Source: Heptranchias perlo (lineage: Eukaryota). From it: a stretch of 64,000 nucleotides of DNA. Of this stretch, positions 9,431 through 22,535 are shown piece after piece. Position 1 is the stretch's first letter. Each line of letters begins with the position of its first letter. The position numbers and the translations under genes are program-made. The notes below the pieces were generated by a model. It saw only the letters and a program-made list of their open reading frames with translations, made no database searches and was not told the origin of the DNA. The stretch is taken from positions 47,926,001 to 47,990,000 of the forward strand of contig NC_090335.1 of NCBI RefSeq assembly GCF_035084215.1, written 5' to 3'.

Positions 9431-12400
9431 GATGATCTTTTGGAGGTTGGTGGGGGTGAGGGGGTTCAAAGCTAAGATGCATCTCCACCCCAGGCTACAT
9501 GGACTTCCTGTTGTTGTAGCATTGTATTTGAAGCCATTGCCTTGACTAATACTGGCACATTCATAGGTTGTTGCAACACATGCGAGTGAGAGAGTAGCTG
9601 TGGCCTGGAAGAGAGTGGGGATTGGGGCCGTGGTCTGGGAAGGCTGGGAGCTTGGAGGAACCATGAAGGTTAGCTGGAAGACCATGGGCTGGGATCAAGA
9701 GAGAGTTGGGAATCCAGGGTTTGGGACCTGGGAGACAGCAGAAAGACTGGAGACAGGGGCTGGGAACGAGCTTGTAATAGCAATTGTACTCTGCAAAATA
9801 AATATTGAAGAAAGCTGTTTCGAGTAATGTCAGCTGGAAACTGGCATTAATAATTCCCCTTGAACAAATGGAAGCAATTCATTTGCAAACCCATTTTGGG
9901 AAAATGTATTAAAAAAAGAGCAATTTTCTTTGCATTGTTTTTGTGAGCTCATTCTTTTCTTTAAATTCCAGGATTAGCAGTGGTTTACAGGTAAACTAGG
10001 GAGTGTAGTATGCGGATGGTGTGGGGCGTGAAAGACTGGACTGGAGCAGATAGATGAGCACAGATTGGGACCAGGGCAGGAATAAGCTGGAAAGGAGAAC
10101 ACTTTTGGCTTGGGGACTAAAGCACTTCTGGGGTGAGAAACAGGCACAAGCTGGCCAGAAAATGGTCTGGTGTGGAATGGAACATTAGATGCATACTTCT
10201 CACATCTGAACGATCCCTGACAACCATGTGAATGGTAATACATTAATGTTCACCTGGTTCCCAATGACCAATCAGAATGTTAGAAATGGAATAAGATACA
10301 TATGAAATTTACTAATCGATCTTCCATGGCATTGCTGATTGAGATAATTTGGGGGAAAAATGGAACTCTTGCTGACACTCTTGACTCCTTACTAATCTCA
10401 GGGTAGATTTCCTCCTAGTCTCCAATGATAAGAATTACATGGGTCTACTTATAACACAATTTGAACTCTTAAATATGTAAAATTAATTTAATTTAATTAA
10501 AATTTCCAGTTTGCGCTTTTAAATACTTATAGTTACTTCAATTTCCTCAATTTTCTGTTTTCTCTGGATTCTCGTGGCTTCCTGTTGTTTTTTTTCTAGA
10601 ATTTTGTTAGCAAGCACCAATCAAATGGATGAAAGGGTCAAATCTGATTGGAGATTTACAGACCAATCGGATTATGGCAGATTAATCAATGATTCAAAGG
10701 GGATGGAGAAGTAATAAGAAAGTGCAGAGGGAAGCCTGTAGACAATCACACACAAACCCTCCCAGGTAGAGAGATCAATAGATAGATAGACGCTTACCTG
10801 ACTTGAGCTACAAGAGTACCACATTGACGTGCAAGAATGTTGGGAAATTAAAAAACATTTCTATGCCTAATTCTGGTATTTACAGATCAGTTCTGCAATT
10901 GTAATCCTGGCAGGTTAATCACGATGTGTCCTCTTAGGACTGCCTACACCGAGTTAATAAAAGGGTAGTGTTGTGAGGGTAAAGAGTGAATTCATTTTAA
11001 TGCTGCATCAAGATTTATCACTTCTGCGTAAAAGCTGAGAAACATTAATTGTCATATTGATTTCCTGTTTGTCTGCCCTGGATCCCTGGAAGAGTTCAAA
11101 GCAGTTCACATGATTGGCAACCATCAACTCAATAAAAACCCAGATGATTTAACTCCCAGAGATTTATTTTCTAGTATGGTGCCTGCACTTGGTGCAGCCC
11201 CACATCACTGACGACACTGAATTCATAGCAAACAAGCACGTGGGTCTTATTCTTTTAAAACTTAATAACCAAGTTTTAGTTTACAGTGAAGTAAATTCAA
11301 TTAGAACTGCTGGAAAATTTGTTTCCTTTAGAAGAGGAAATCAATGAAACTTAGGAAAATCACCTCAGGAAACAATGGGCCATTTCAGTCCATTTGTGGG
11401 TTGGACAGTTTAAAAATGGTGGTTGTACTAGATCCTGTTGATATGTTGTAAGGTTGGTATTACAAATCCAAGCAGGGATAGAGCCCATTGAGTACTACTG
11501 CTCTATTATGCTACGTGCTGTCGATGTGATAAACCATGGCCTAGAAATTCGGCCTGACAGCCTGAACTGGGTGCAGCGAATGGTCCCTGCGCCTGAATGG
11601 GTAGCCCCGAGTACACCCGATATCAGGCCTTGGGCTTCATTTAAATGAGACCAGCGAGCTGTGGACACACGCTGGCCATTCACGATAGACCAGTGTGAAT
11701 GTGGAACTGGGCTAAGACAAAGTAACAAGATCATTAAAGTTTCAGAGAGGGCTTTTAAGCTAATCTTAAACAAAACAGTCTAAACAAAAGTATCTAAAAT
11801 AAGGAAGTCAAGATGATACAGATGGAGGAAACCAAAATGAAAACACCTTTTAGTCCCACAGGCCAAGGAAGGCAACTAGTGAGCCAGTAGACTCTGCATG
11901 TTGATGTTCAAAGATCACCTCAGCATGAACTATAGCTTGAAACAATGGACAAGTAGTTAGAGGAAACCTGCCCAGTGCTCCTGTGCATCCTGGACTGCAG
12001 AGGGCAGACTTGGTCAGGCCCAGGAGGTTCCACTTCCAGGTCATCTAGGTACAAAACCAGAATTGGTACCAGTGTGAATTGAAATTGGTCGGAAGTACTG
12101 ATTTTGAACATATAAATTGCCTCAAGTTGTGTTGTTTTGGAAATTAGATTTTGGCCTATTACAAATTGTTAACAACCACAGCAAACAAGCACTGCTTCTC
12201 TAGTTAAAGTTCAGATTGTTTACTGGCCCTCAGTAAATCATAATAGGAAGAGCAGGTATAGTCTCAAAATAAGAAGCTCTATTTTGTGTAATAAATCTCT
12301 CCTGCTATTGTGAACACTAATGAAACGGGAGTGGGGGTTAGCTTCTGGGCAGTGTAGTTATGCAGAATGTGTTGAATTTCATATTATAATAACAATCCTC

Positions 12401-13354
12401 TCAGCACCTTCATTAGCACAGTTCTGAGAAGCTTTGGGAAATCGCACAGTCGAAAATGGCACAACATCCACCCGCTTCTGGGCTAGGGCAACCAATTATT
12501 TTAGCAATCGAGTATTCAATCAGTAACTGAAATGTTCAGTGGGGAATTTAGACATTAAAGGTTTTGTAAAATGGAGCCATTTTCCTCCTTAAAATGTGCA
12601 TTAAGCTTCTCGCACAATAACCTGCCTTTGTCACATTAAACAAGCCCCTACTCACTCATCGTACATTTCTCATTCATTGTCCAGGATAGTGCACATCATC
12701 TTCGATGATTGCCCAGCTAATAAGCTGAAAAGAATAAAATAACATTTCAGCTTTTGTTTTGTTACTGAAACGGTGCCAGCAGAATTCTGTAGAGCAGGAT
12801 TCGAATGACTGCATCTAATGTGTTTTACCCAGCACAGATTATCTTGCTTGAACGAAAAAAAAATCTTTTATTTAGTTTTCCCTTGATAATATAATTGATG
12901 TATTTAATCTGTTGCTATGTCACTAGCCAACAGAGGGTTATAATTAGGAATACAGATTGGTCTATTAATAGTCCATTCTCAAAGATCATTAACCCTTTCA
13001 CCTTCTAGTTCTGATAATTCAGGAGCTCACAGGACATCACTAGGTTCTGGTTGTTATGAAATTATTGCTGAAAGTTGTTTCTACCTCTTAAAAAAAAAAT
13101 GCTCATTCCTTATTAAATTCCATCTGTTTAATTCACAAAATGCCACACAATTGGAATACCATTAATGTTGGAACAAAAGATAAAAGTAGCAACAGAAACA
13201 GAAATCTAGTTTAGGGCTGTCATGGGTGCATTTTGTGCAAAGCTAAATAGATAGATAGGAAATAAGAAAAGGGAGGCTAAAAAGAAGCAACTAAATAATA
13301 AGGTAGCTACGGTAAAAATACGATGAAGTCTGTTCATTTTTAAAATGTATGAGT

Positions 13355-13595
13355 ATGCGTGCATGTAATTCTGTTTATATCTATGTGTGCGTCTATCTAT
13401 GAATGTATCTGTAGACATGTGTCTGTATACCTATCTATATTTATGTGCATGCTTATATGTCTTTATCTGTGTGTGTGTGTGTGTGTGTGTGTCGGCATCT
13501 TTGTGTCTGTGTGCCAGTCTCTATCTGTGTGTCTGTACCTTTGCCTGTATGTGTGTGTGTGCAGTCTGAGTCTGTATCTGCATTCCTGTGTGTGA
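13355..13595. repeat. (GT)n microsatellite within GT/AT-rich low-complexity tract
   Basis: Pure (GT)~12 at ~13468-13492 with degenerate gtgtct/atct flanks. Confidence 0.9.
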
Positions 13596-16212
13596 GGAGT
13601 TCTATAGTAATTTAGAAACCTTTAAAAACCTAAAGGGATGATACCTATAAATGTTCTCTTCTTTTGTCTCTAAAACTTAAAAATTGTATTTCCCCACAAC
13701 AGAAGATCTTGTATATTTGCACATTTCACCTAGATTTTTCAATGTGCAGTAATAGAAAAGTGTTTTCTTTATACTTTTCCATTTCCCTCCTTTGTTCTTT
13801 CCTCTTTATTTTTTCCAGCCATCATCAGTAATTCCAAACAAACTATTCATTTATCAAAATCTATTCACCATAGCAGAACACTAGCTTTTGTTTAAGAAAT
13901 GAGGCATAAAATTAACTATTCTATAAAGAGAATGTGTGGTGAATTGGACTGGCACCTTAGAGGGCTGTACAGTATTCTGGATATCTCTAATGATGCACTG
14001 GTAGAAACTGCAAGCAGAGATGATGTCGTAATGAGACGACTAAAGGCATTGTTTTAAAAATTGAAAATATTTGATCCTACTTATATTTCAGAATGATTTG
14101 AGGGTGTTACAGTATTCCTTGGAGAGAGAGCATTTACTAGATGAACACCACTGACATTTATTAGATGAACATCAGTGTAGTGCGGGAACATGTTATCCAT
14201 TAATGTGTGCCTGATCCACTCAGCTCCATTAATCAATATGTATAGTAGATTCATTGTGCTACTCCAAAGCCTATGAGTGCCACATGGAGCTCTCTAAATC
14301 CATTTGTCTGGGAACTGTCGTCTGTGCAGTTTCAGTCTCCTTGTTTTAATTGCCAACTCATGTGATGTGTTATACAACATTGGGGAATGTAGTCAGCACT
14401 CAGCTAGTTTAAAGTGGATGACATGCTGGTGGCATATCAGTAATGCAATGTTCCTTTTTCAAAAATGTCAAATCAGCATCCATTTTTTTTTTAAAGCTGT
14501 TGCTTGGAGCAGCTATTTTTTGTCATTGTAAATCTTTTTTACTTCCCAGGTCCAGGCCTAGGTGTCTCAAGGCACAATTGGCCCAAAAGCTCATGGGCCC
14601 GACAGCCCACCGTAAGTGCCATGATTCACCTGTCTATGAGCTCTGGCATTGATCGCACAAAAGTCATGAGGGTCGGGGTGTGGGGGTCACTTAATTTAAA
14701 TAATTACACAAGGCTGCCGTGCTCCTAAGGGCACATCTCAGATGCCACCTTAGGGAAGATTCTGCAAATTGAAGTTTAGGTGTCCAGTTCCAGTGGGAAA
14801 GATGCCTTACACATCAATAACCTTTATAGGGGGACACTAAAATTGCTTAGAATTCTTCAGGGGTCCAAGCCATGACACAGGCCTGGATCCCCAGGTGGGC
14901 ACCACATGTGATATTGGACCAGCTGGAACGCCTTCTCCCACCCAAGGGTACCGGCCCACCAGTGTTCCCACTAGACCAGGGACGTGTGAACTCCTGTATG
15001 GGAGTCCCTGTCCCCGGCCACACCCACCACTCATGCCACAAACCTCGTTGGTGGTGGTCAGAAGTTCCGCCCCAACAAGGCCCTGTAGAAATTGCCATAT
15101 CTGGGTCCTGATCCTCATTGCAGAGCTTCCATTGGACTTCTGCTGAAGTTACAGTGGGAGTGCACCAAGCCCTGGATTTTTAGGTTTCTAGACCTGCAGC
15201 CATTATTTCTGCAATGCAATTTTCAACATACAGTACATACACTGGAATGAAACTATTGTTTTTAAGCAATACTTTTGTTCCTATTCCACAGGGTGATTCC
15301 TTCCCCAGGAACCAGTTCACAAAGGAGAATAGTTTTATTACATAGCATGTAATGATGTGACCTGAGGAAGCTGCAACCTGCAGGTTATTTTAAAATTTCC
15401 CAGCAGGACTAGCATTACAATATTAATGTGTTAGTGCTTTGATTAAATATTAATGTAGCGCACATTTGCACAATAAAGATGCAAACACGGCAACTATACA
15501 GCAGCTTTTTGGATACAATATCTGTTGTATGTCATATTGATGATCTCAGTGAATATTGCAAAGCAGAAACTGCCTCAATGTTGAGTGACTCCAGTGAACA
15601 TTAAAAGCAGGAACAGTGGGGCATCTTTTTCTGTTTCTCAGCCCATGTTTCTTGTTGATAGCTCTGTTGCTGGCCAGGTGAAGTCACACTAAAGCTCAGT
15701 ATATTCTAAACTGTCTAGCTCACCACTAAATAATGTCCTGAATTCTTCCACAGGCAAAACAGTTATTCATGTAACTCACACTCCTCACAATTAGTTCATT
15801 GGCTGGGGGAAAAGATGCACAATGCAATTCTTGTAGTTGTGTGGTTAAGCTACTTGCTTTGTAGACCTGTGGTTATGAATTTGAGTCACAGCACTGTCTG
15901 ATAATCCAATGAAACCACAGTCATGAAGGGCTTTATTTGATGTTGACTAGTCTGCTACATGGGGCATCTCACTACAGCTCTGTAGCAGACAGTGGGAGGA
16001 GAGTGAAGAAGGGGTAGATGAATGATTACTGTCTTGCTTGGAAGTAAATTGCCTCAGCACAGATTGTGGCGAAGTGCTTGCTCTAGCTGCAGAAGATACT
16101 ATGGTGGCTAGAATGCATGAGAGAAAAAAATGAAGAAAATATTAACAAAATGTGTTTTTATTTTGTGTTCACCATTGTCCTGCATGTGACTAGATCATTT
16201 CTTTCCTCACAG

Positions 16213-16620
16213 ATAGTAGATTAAAAGTCAACCAAATAAAAAGGAACCTTGTAGTAACAGAAAATGACAATATTCGTTTAAACTGTACCATCACAAATCA
16301 AACAAGTCCAGACTCGCAATTCTCTGTACAATGGTATGTTCAGAAATCACTGGAGAAAGAGAACAAACTCATCCTGAAATCAAACCGTGACTGTGTGTTC
16401 GAGTATGGAAACTGGTTAGGAAAAGACAAGTGGAAGGAGAGACTTCAGGCTGCAAAACCTTCAAGTGGGCTCTATACTTTGGTCTTACAAAAAGCTGATA
16501 TTGATGACAGTGGCAAATACTATTGTTACGTGGAGGAGTGGCTGCTGAACCCCAACAACATCTGGTATAAAGTTGGAGAGAACATGTCCGGACTGACCAC
16601 TGTCACTGTCCAGCACCCAG
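16213..16620 (+). CDS. IGSF3: IGSF3 internal exon, Ig domain (equivalent to human Ig6)
   Basis: Acceptor ctttcctcacag|AT, donor CCAG|gtattg, 408 nt, phase 1-1. Translates (D)SRLKVNQIKRNLVVTENDNIRLNCTITNQTSPDSQFSVQWY..DSGKYYCYVEEWLLNPNNIWYK..TVTVQHP. Confidence 0.93.
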
Positions 16621-17710
16621 GTATTGAATCTATGTTTATTCCTTTCAAGTATAGAATAAACTTTCAATTCTTGCATGCTTATGAAGAATACTCTGTGGAG
16701 TGACGGCTAGGTGCCTCATTAGCAGGAGGGGAGGGTAAATCAGAGCACAAGTCTGCTGGCTGCTCTCATGCACCTCTCTTGATAACTGCATTGGCAGAGG
16801 GCTATGCCCTCCTCTTCGTCAAGGAACGGTACAGATATTTAAAGTGAGGTATGGCTCATATTGAAAAGTGAGCACAGTGGGGAACTGAACTTGTGCCTTC
16901 TTACTCTGTGATGTGTGATGGTCATTGTCAACCATCTGAACATAGCAACTTCTATTAAAAAACCTCAGGACCAAAAGAGAATGATACTTTACAGATTCTC
17001 TTCACTGACAGAACCAATCTACCTAATTATATTTTTACGTCTAATGAACATTTTCCAAGGATTCGATGCTAGTGTTATTTGCTGTGTAAGTGCATTTGCG
17101 ATATAATACAAATTCTGTATTCGACCCTGGTATTGGCTGTCATTTTCATGGATATAAACTAAGAGGTGGAACTGATGTATGCATTTGCCACTTTTGATTT
17201 GTTTGGCATATTGCTGATTAGCCCCACGGGATGATTCAGCTCCAAGGTGAGTGCACCAGTATCTTTATTTTAGATGTGTTTCTTAACTCCCCAAAGCCAA
17301 CAACCCAATGTCTAAGGCATGAAATTGTTGTATGTGACATTAGTGCTACAGAGAGGGAGGTGAACCAGGTGGAAACACACAAAAAGAAGCAAACCCACCC
17401 TGCTCTTTACTAACATCCCTCCCATTACAGCCTCAGCACCAGCTCCTCAATAGTTCAGCTGTTGGGGGAAGGGAAATACCTTAGCTACAGTTATTACCAC
17501 AGTCACCATTTCCCCTCTTCAGCTAGGTCATAGCAGCAGAACCAAAATCCACTTGCATTGTTTCACCAAACTGAAAATGTTGACCATTATCTCCCTCTGC
17601 CATTTTATTCACTGTAGCTGCAGCCACTTGTGTTTGGTGCGAAACATAGCAGAACAAATGCCATTCTCACTCCATGTGGCCTTGCACTGCTCATTGTCAG
17701 AACCCAAAGT

Positions 17711-17756
17711 AGGGCCATAACTGTCTCGTACTTTGTTACGAGACAGTTATGGCCCT
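17711..17756. repeat. Perfect 20-bp inverted repeat with 6-nt loop
   Basis: agggccataactgtctcgta-ctttgt-tacgagacagttatggccct. Confidence 0.9.
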
Positions 17757-18898
17757 TTTACTTTTCATGTGGCTGGTAATGGCAGTCACAGATTCTGCTG
17801 CAAAGCTGTAATATAAATCAAGTGGTTTTATATGCCATTTTTCCAACCACAAGTGTATTCAGTCCACCCATACAGACCAGTGATCTGGGTTTCACATTGC
17901 CAGCGAGAATGGAATCCACAGCACACGGAGCTACAGCACATTGCAGAACCACTTCCATTTGAACCAGTTTTGAATTCTAAAGGGGTCATCAGTGTTATGA
18001 TGTAAGTGGTTCCATAGAAATTTCTTTTCCTGGAAGCCAATTAAGAAATCTGAGGCTGTACTCATCTGACACTGCTGAACCAGATGGCTCATGAACAATG
18101 TCTAGGACAGGAACTCCTGCTGATCTCCAGGGTTCCTTTCCCATGGAGCTGATTGCTGTCATTATCTGAGTAGCTCCGTGAAGAAGACAGACACTCAGGG
18201 TTATGAGGATTCTCATGGAAGAGAAGCTACAGTGAAGTTTAAATTATTTTTGAAAAAGAAAATTTTTATTAAACTCACCCTAGATTGTGGAACAATGCAG
18301 TGAAAGATCGACTCCTCCGTACACAAACACTCTTTTCTCCGCGTATTCTGTGCTCTTGATGCTGGTGACCAGTGCACTCCATACTTCTCAGTTTCTCCAC
18401 AGTTGGATTGTATCAGCACCTAATCTTATTCCTGTCCAGTCCATTACATCATCTAGCCATGTTCTTTACCTACAATTTTTCCAGATCATAATCATCATAA
18501 TCAGCCTCATCACTCTTTTCTTGAGTTATTTCATTTGAGGCCATCTCATTTGTTATTTTTATTGTGCAACTCATTTTCAACAAGCATCAGGAGTGCACAC
18601 ACAAACACTGCTGGAAATAATTTTTCTCTGAATGTCCAGTAATGCATTTCCAGAAATTTCTGTTTTTATTGCACTAAATATTTTGCTTTCGAGGCGCATA
18701 AATTGAAACGCTCAAACTGGTTCCCCATGTGTTTACAAGAATTACTTTTGTTAACACAGTCAAGTTAATACATTTGAATAGAATATCTGCTAAATAAATC
18801 TGTTGGGGAGTTATGAAACTATGCTTTCTTCAATGATATTAAAATTCTTTGGCTGTCAAGTTTCCTTTTAATGAAATTAAGACATTGTGTACCTACAG

Positions 18899-19309
18899 AA
18901 AACAATTTGCAAACCGTCAAAACTGAAAAGAATATTTCTGTACCAGAGGACAGCCAGATTCAGCTGGATTGCAAGATCAGCAACCGTACCAACCTGGATT
19001 CCCAACTATCTGTGGCCTGGTATGCCCGGAGAACACTGGAGACAGATAGACATCCCATTCTCAGCCTGAATCGGAATTCTGTTTTTGAGTATGGCAGCTC
19101 AGTGGATAACAGTGTGAGACTGAGGGATAGGCTACGGTTTGAAAAATCTACCAACGAACTGTATAGTTTGATACTACAGAAAGCAGCTATATCTGACACT
19201 GGCAGTTACTACTGTAATGTGGAGGAGTGGTTACTTGGCTCTAATAATGTGTGGTATAAACTGGGAGAAGATCAGTCTGGACTGACTACTGTCACTGTAA
19301 AACAGCCAG
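18899..19309 (+). CDS. IGSF3: IGSF3 internal exon, Ig domain (equivalent to human Ig7)
   Basis: Acceptor acctacag|AA, donor CCAG|gtactg, 411 nt. Translates (E)NNLQTVK..IQLDCKISNRTNLDSQLSVAWY..DTGSYYCNVEEWLLGSNNVWYKLGEDQSGLTTVTVKQP. Confidence 0.93.
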
Positions 19310-21478
19310 GTACTGTATAGCTATTAATTTTGGTTTAGGAAAGAATCTTTAATGGAGGGTGGTTTGCAAAAGCTATTCCTCTCATTGACATCAGACCACA
19401 TTACATCAGGTCACCTTTTTGGAAATTTTAAGACATGGCTGTATGATGTTTAAGAAGTTAGATTATACTGAAAATTAGCTAAAATCTGGCTTCTGAAATG
19501 CAATACCTCCCAGGTGACTGACGTGTACTGAGTTAGCCCCAGTTTTAAATTACAGTGTGTTGTTAAACAAAAGAAAAGTTTTTTTTTTAAATTCATACGC
19601 GAAGTACTCATAAAGTTTAACACATTTGCAAGCTATTCCTGACCACTAACTGAGTAAAGTTAATATTGCTTGTGGCATTGCCCTGTCTAGCCATGTACTA
19701 CACCTTCCCGGCCTATAAGCAATGGTGCATATCCCAAAAGTGCAACCATGCTTATATACAATGGGGGAAAAAGCACATATGGCTGCATGGCTGCCCTTGA
19801 AGAGCCAGCAGTATAACAAGGCAGCTGAACTTAACTTTCTCAGATTATAATTGTGACATTGGCTACAAGTGAGTCATTTTGAAAAGCACAGATGTTATTA
19901 AATGGACAAAAATAAAAAATAATCAAGCAAACCTAATGATTTAGTTATAGCCTGCCAGAGGCAATCTCTTAACATCTCGTTAGTACTGCTGGTGTTAATA
20001 TTGACTTAATCACAGTGTGACTTCTTTAAAAAATTAATTTAAATTGAAATACCACCTGGACATTCATCTCTGCCCCATTTAGTCATGATTAAGCTGGTGT
20101 ACATGATTGCTGCCTGCAGGCAGAAAAGGTGTGAGATGTGATCAGATGGGATGGTGATAGAAATTACATTAACTAAGTACAGTTTACTCAAGTAGGCTGA
20201 GGAGCTTGTCCTCAAGGAAATTGCAAAAAAATAAAATATTGTTGCATCATCAGGAATAACCTAGCAAAGTTTGACTATCTGAGATCCGCTATACTATACA
20301 AAGGTCCATGAAATAGGCCATTACGATATGAGATTTTTCCAGAAATATGACAGCCCGCATTATACTCGGATAAAGTGTAGGTGTCCAGCTATGGCTCTGA
20401 TGATGTAGTTTTGGTGTAGTGTAATCTTACTCCTGGTGTTAAACTGGAATTTGCTGTAATCTATCCCGCATGTCTCCAGATAGCAGCAAATGCTACTGCG
20501 GTGACAATGTCACTGCACTATGGTGTCTACATGGCTGGATTAAGTGACTCAAAGTTTGCAGTAGAATAACATTTATGGACCTTTGGTGAAACCAGAGTTC
20601 ATGAGACTATTTGTGTAAGGACTGCAGTTCATACCTTGAGCTGGTATGCACATACCCTAGCATGAGTCATCACCTTTGGTAGAAGAGAAGAAAAAAATTG
20701 GAAAAAGAAAAACCAGTGGAGGACCTACTTTTATACTGGTGCTATTGTACAGTGATATGACAGTTGCTCTGGTATAATAGTGTTTGGGATGTATGAACTT
20801 CACTGCTTTTGAAGATTTCCATCTTTTTTCTGCCTCTAATTTGCCTTCCAATTTTTTACTCCTGCCTTTGCTAAAGGAGCTCACTGATGTAGCCCTTCAG
20901 CAACTCAACCAGATGGTTATTTAATTTAATCTGTGGTCCTGAACAGCAAGAGGTCAGCAAACTGTTTGAACATGAGGAGCCATCAGAGCTGAGCTCAATC
21001 CTGCCCCCGTCTGATGTACTGCTCTCCAGGTCACAGCTACTGTATAAATTAAAAGTCCCATCTGACCTTGTCAGGTACAGCAATTCCACATTTCTGCAGC
21101 AACAGTCTGCTTAACCTGGGGACCTTCCTGCATCATTCAATTTTTCTTCTTGGTGGGCTGATCTAGGCAGAGATATCTGAAGGTGGGCTTGTTCCACCCC
21201 TGGCTGAGGGAAATAGTGTGAATATATAATAGTAAATTCACCAATCCTGCGCTCCTAGTGGGAAGCCGTGCTCAGAAGAGGTATGAGTCGGAGATAGGAC
21301 GACAACACTGCAGCTCTGATTCTCTGACCTGCACTGCCTTCAAGCATGACTCCCTGCTGGGAGCATCAGATTGATGAATTTACTCTATAGAAAGAAAAAT
21401 GGGAGAGCTGACTTTCTCAGGTTTTCAAAAATGAAACATTAAAATATGTTATGTCTTTGTTTTCAATTTCACAAACAG

Positions 21479-21901
21479 AATTTAAAATGCAAGTGGATAA
21501 AACGGAATTGAATATAAGCATATCAGAGAAGGGCCTGTTCCAGCTCAGCTGCAATATAACCCACCGAACACAAGATAATTCCCAGTTTGCCGTATCCTGG
21601 TTCGCATGGAAAGCCAAAGAGGGTGCTGACAGAATCATGAAAGAGACAATTTTAAAAGTTGATCATAATTCAGTGTTTGGGTTCGACGTCTCACTGGATG
21701 GAGCTGAGGGGATGAAGGACAGACTCCAGTTAGAGAGACCCTCCAATGGATTGTACAGCTTGACGGTGCAGAACACTGGCAGCAGTGACACTGGGAATTA
21801 CTACTGTCACGTGGAGGAATGGATTCAAAATGCCAACAATATCTGGTATAAACTAGGAGAGGATGAGTCTGGACTGGTCATGGTCACTGTACAAAACAAA
21901 G
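21479..21901 (+). CDS. IGSF3: IGSF3 internal exon, membrane-proximal Ig domain (equivalent to human Ig8)
   Basis: Acceptor acaaacag|AA, donor AAAG|gtaatt, 423 nt. Translates (E)FKMQVDK..FQLSCNITHRTQDNSQFAVSWF..DTGNYYCHVEEWIQ..VTVQNK. Confidence 0.93.
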
Positions 21902-22035
21902 GTAATTTACTCAGATAGTTTGAGGTGTGCAGAGCAGTATTCATATATGATACCTTCACTCAACTGATGCTGTCACTTTGTTTCTCAGTGAGATCTTGCA
22001 GTTATCTCTTGAGGACTTTGTGGGACTTTATGATT

Positions 22036-22535
22036 ATAAGAACATAAGAAATAGGAGCAGGAGTAAGCCAATCGGCCCCTCGAGCCTGCTCCGCCATTCA
22101 ATAAGATCATGGCTGATCTGATCCTAACCTCAAATCTAAATTCATGTCCAATTTCCTGCCCGCTCCCCGTAACCCCTAATTCCCTTTACTTCTAGGAAAC
22201 TGTCTATTTCTGTTTTAAATTTATTTAATGATGTAGCTTCCACAGCTTCCTGGGGCAGCAAATTCCACAGACCTACTACCCTCTGAGTGAAGAAGTTTCT
22301 CCTCATCTCAGTTTTGAAAGAGCAGCCCCTTATTCTAAGATTATGCCCCCTAGTTCTAGTTTCACCCATCCTTGGGAACATCCTTACCGCATCCACCCGA
22401 TCAAGCCCCTTCACAATCTTATATGTTTCAATAAGATCGCCTCTCATTCTTCTGAACTCCAATGAGTAGAGTCCCAATCTACTCAACCTCTCCTCATATG
22501 TCCACCCCCTCATCCCCGGGATTAACCGAGTAAAT
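22036..22535 (-). mobile_element. 5'-truncated young CR1 LINE (ORF2 end plus 3' UTR)
   Basis: Open ORF FTRLIPGMRG..RMRGDLIETYKI..RNFFTQRVVGLWN; tail (ttcttatgttcttat) on the minus strand. Confidence 0.92.
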
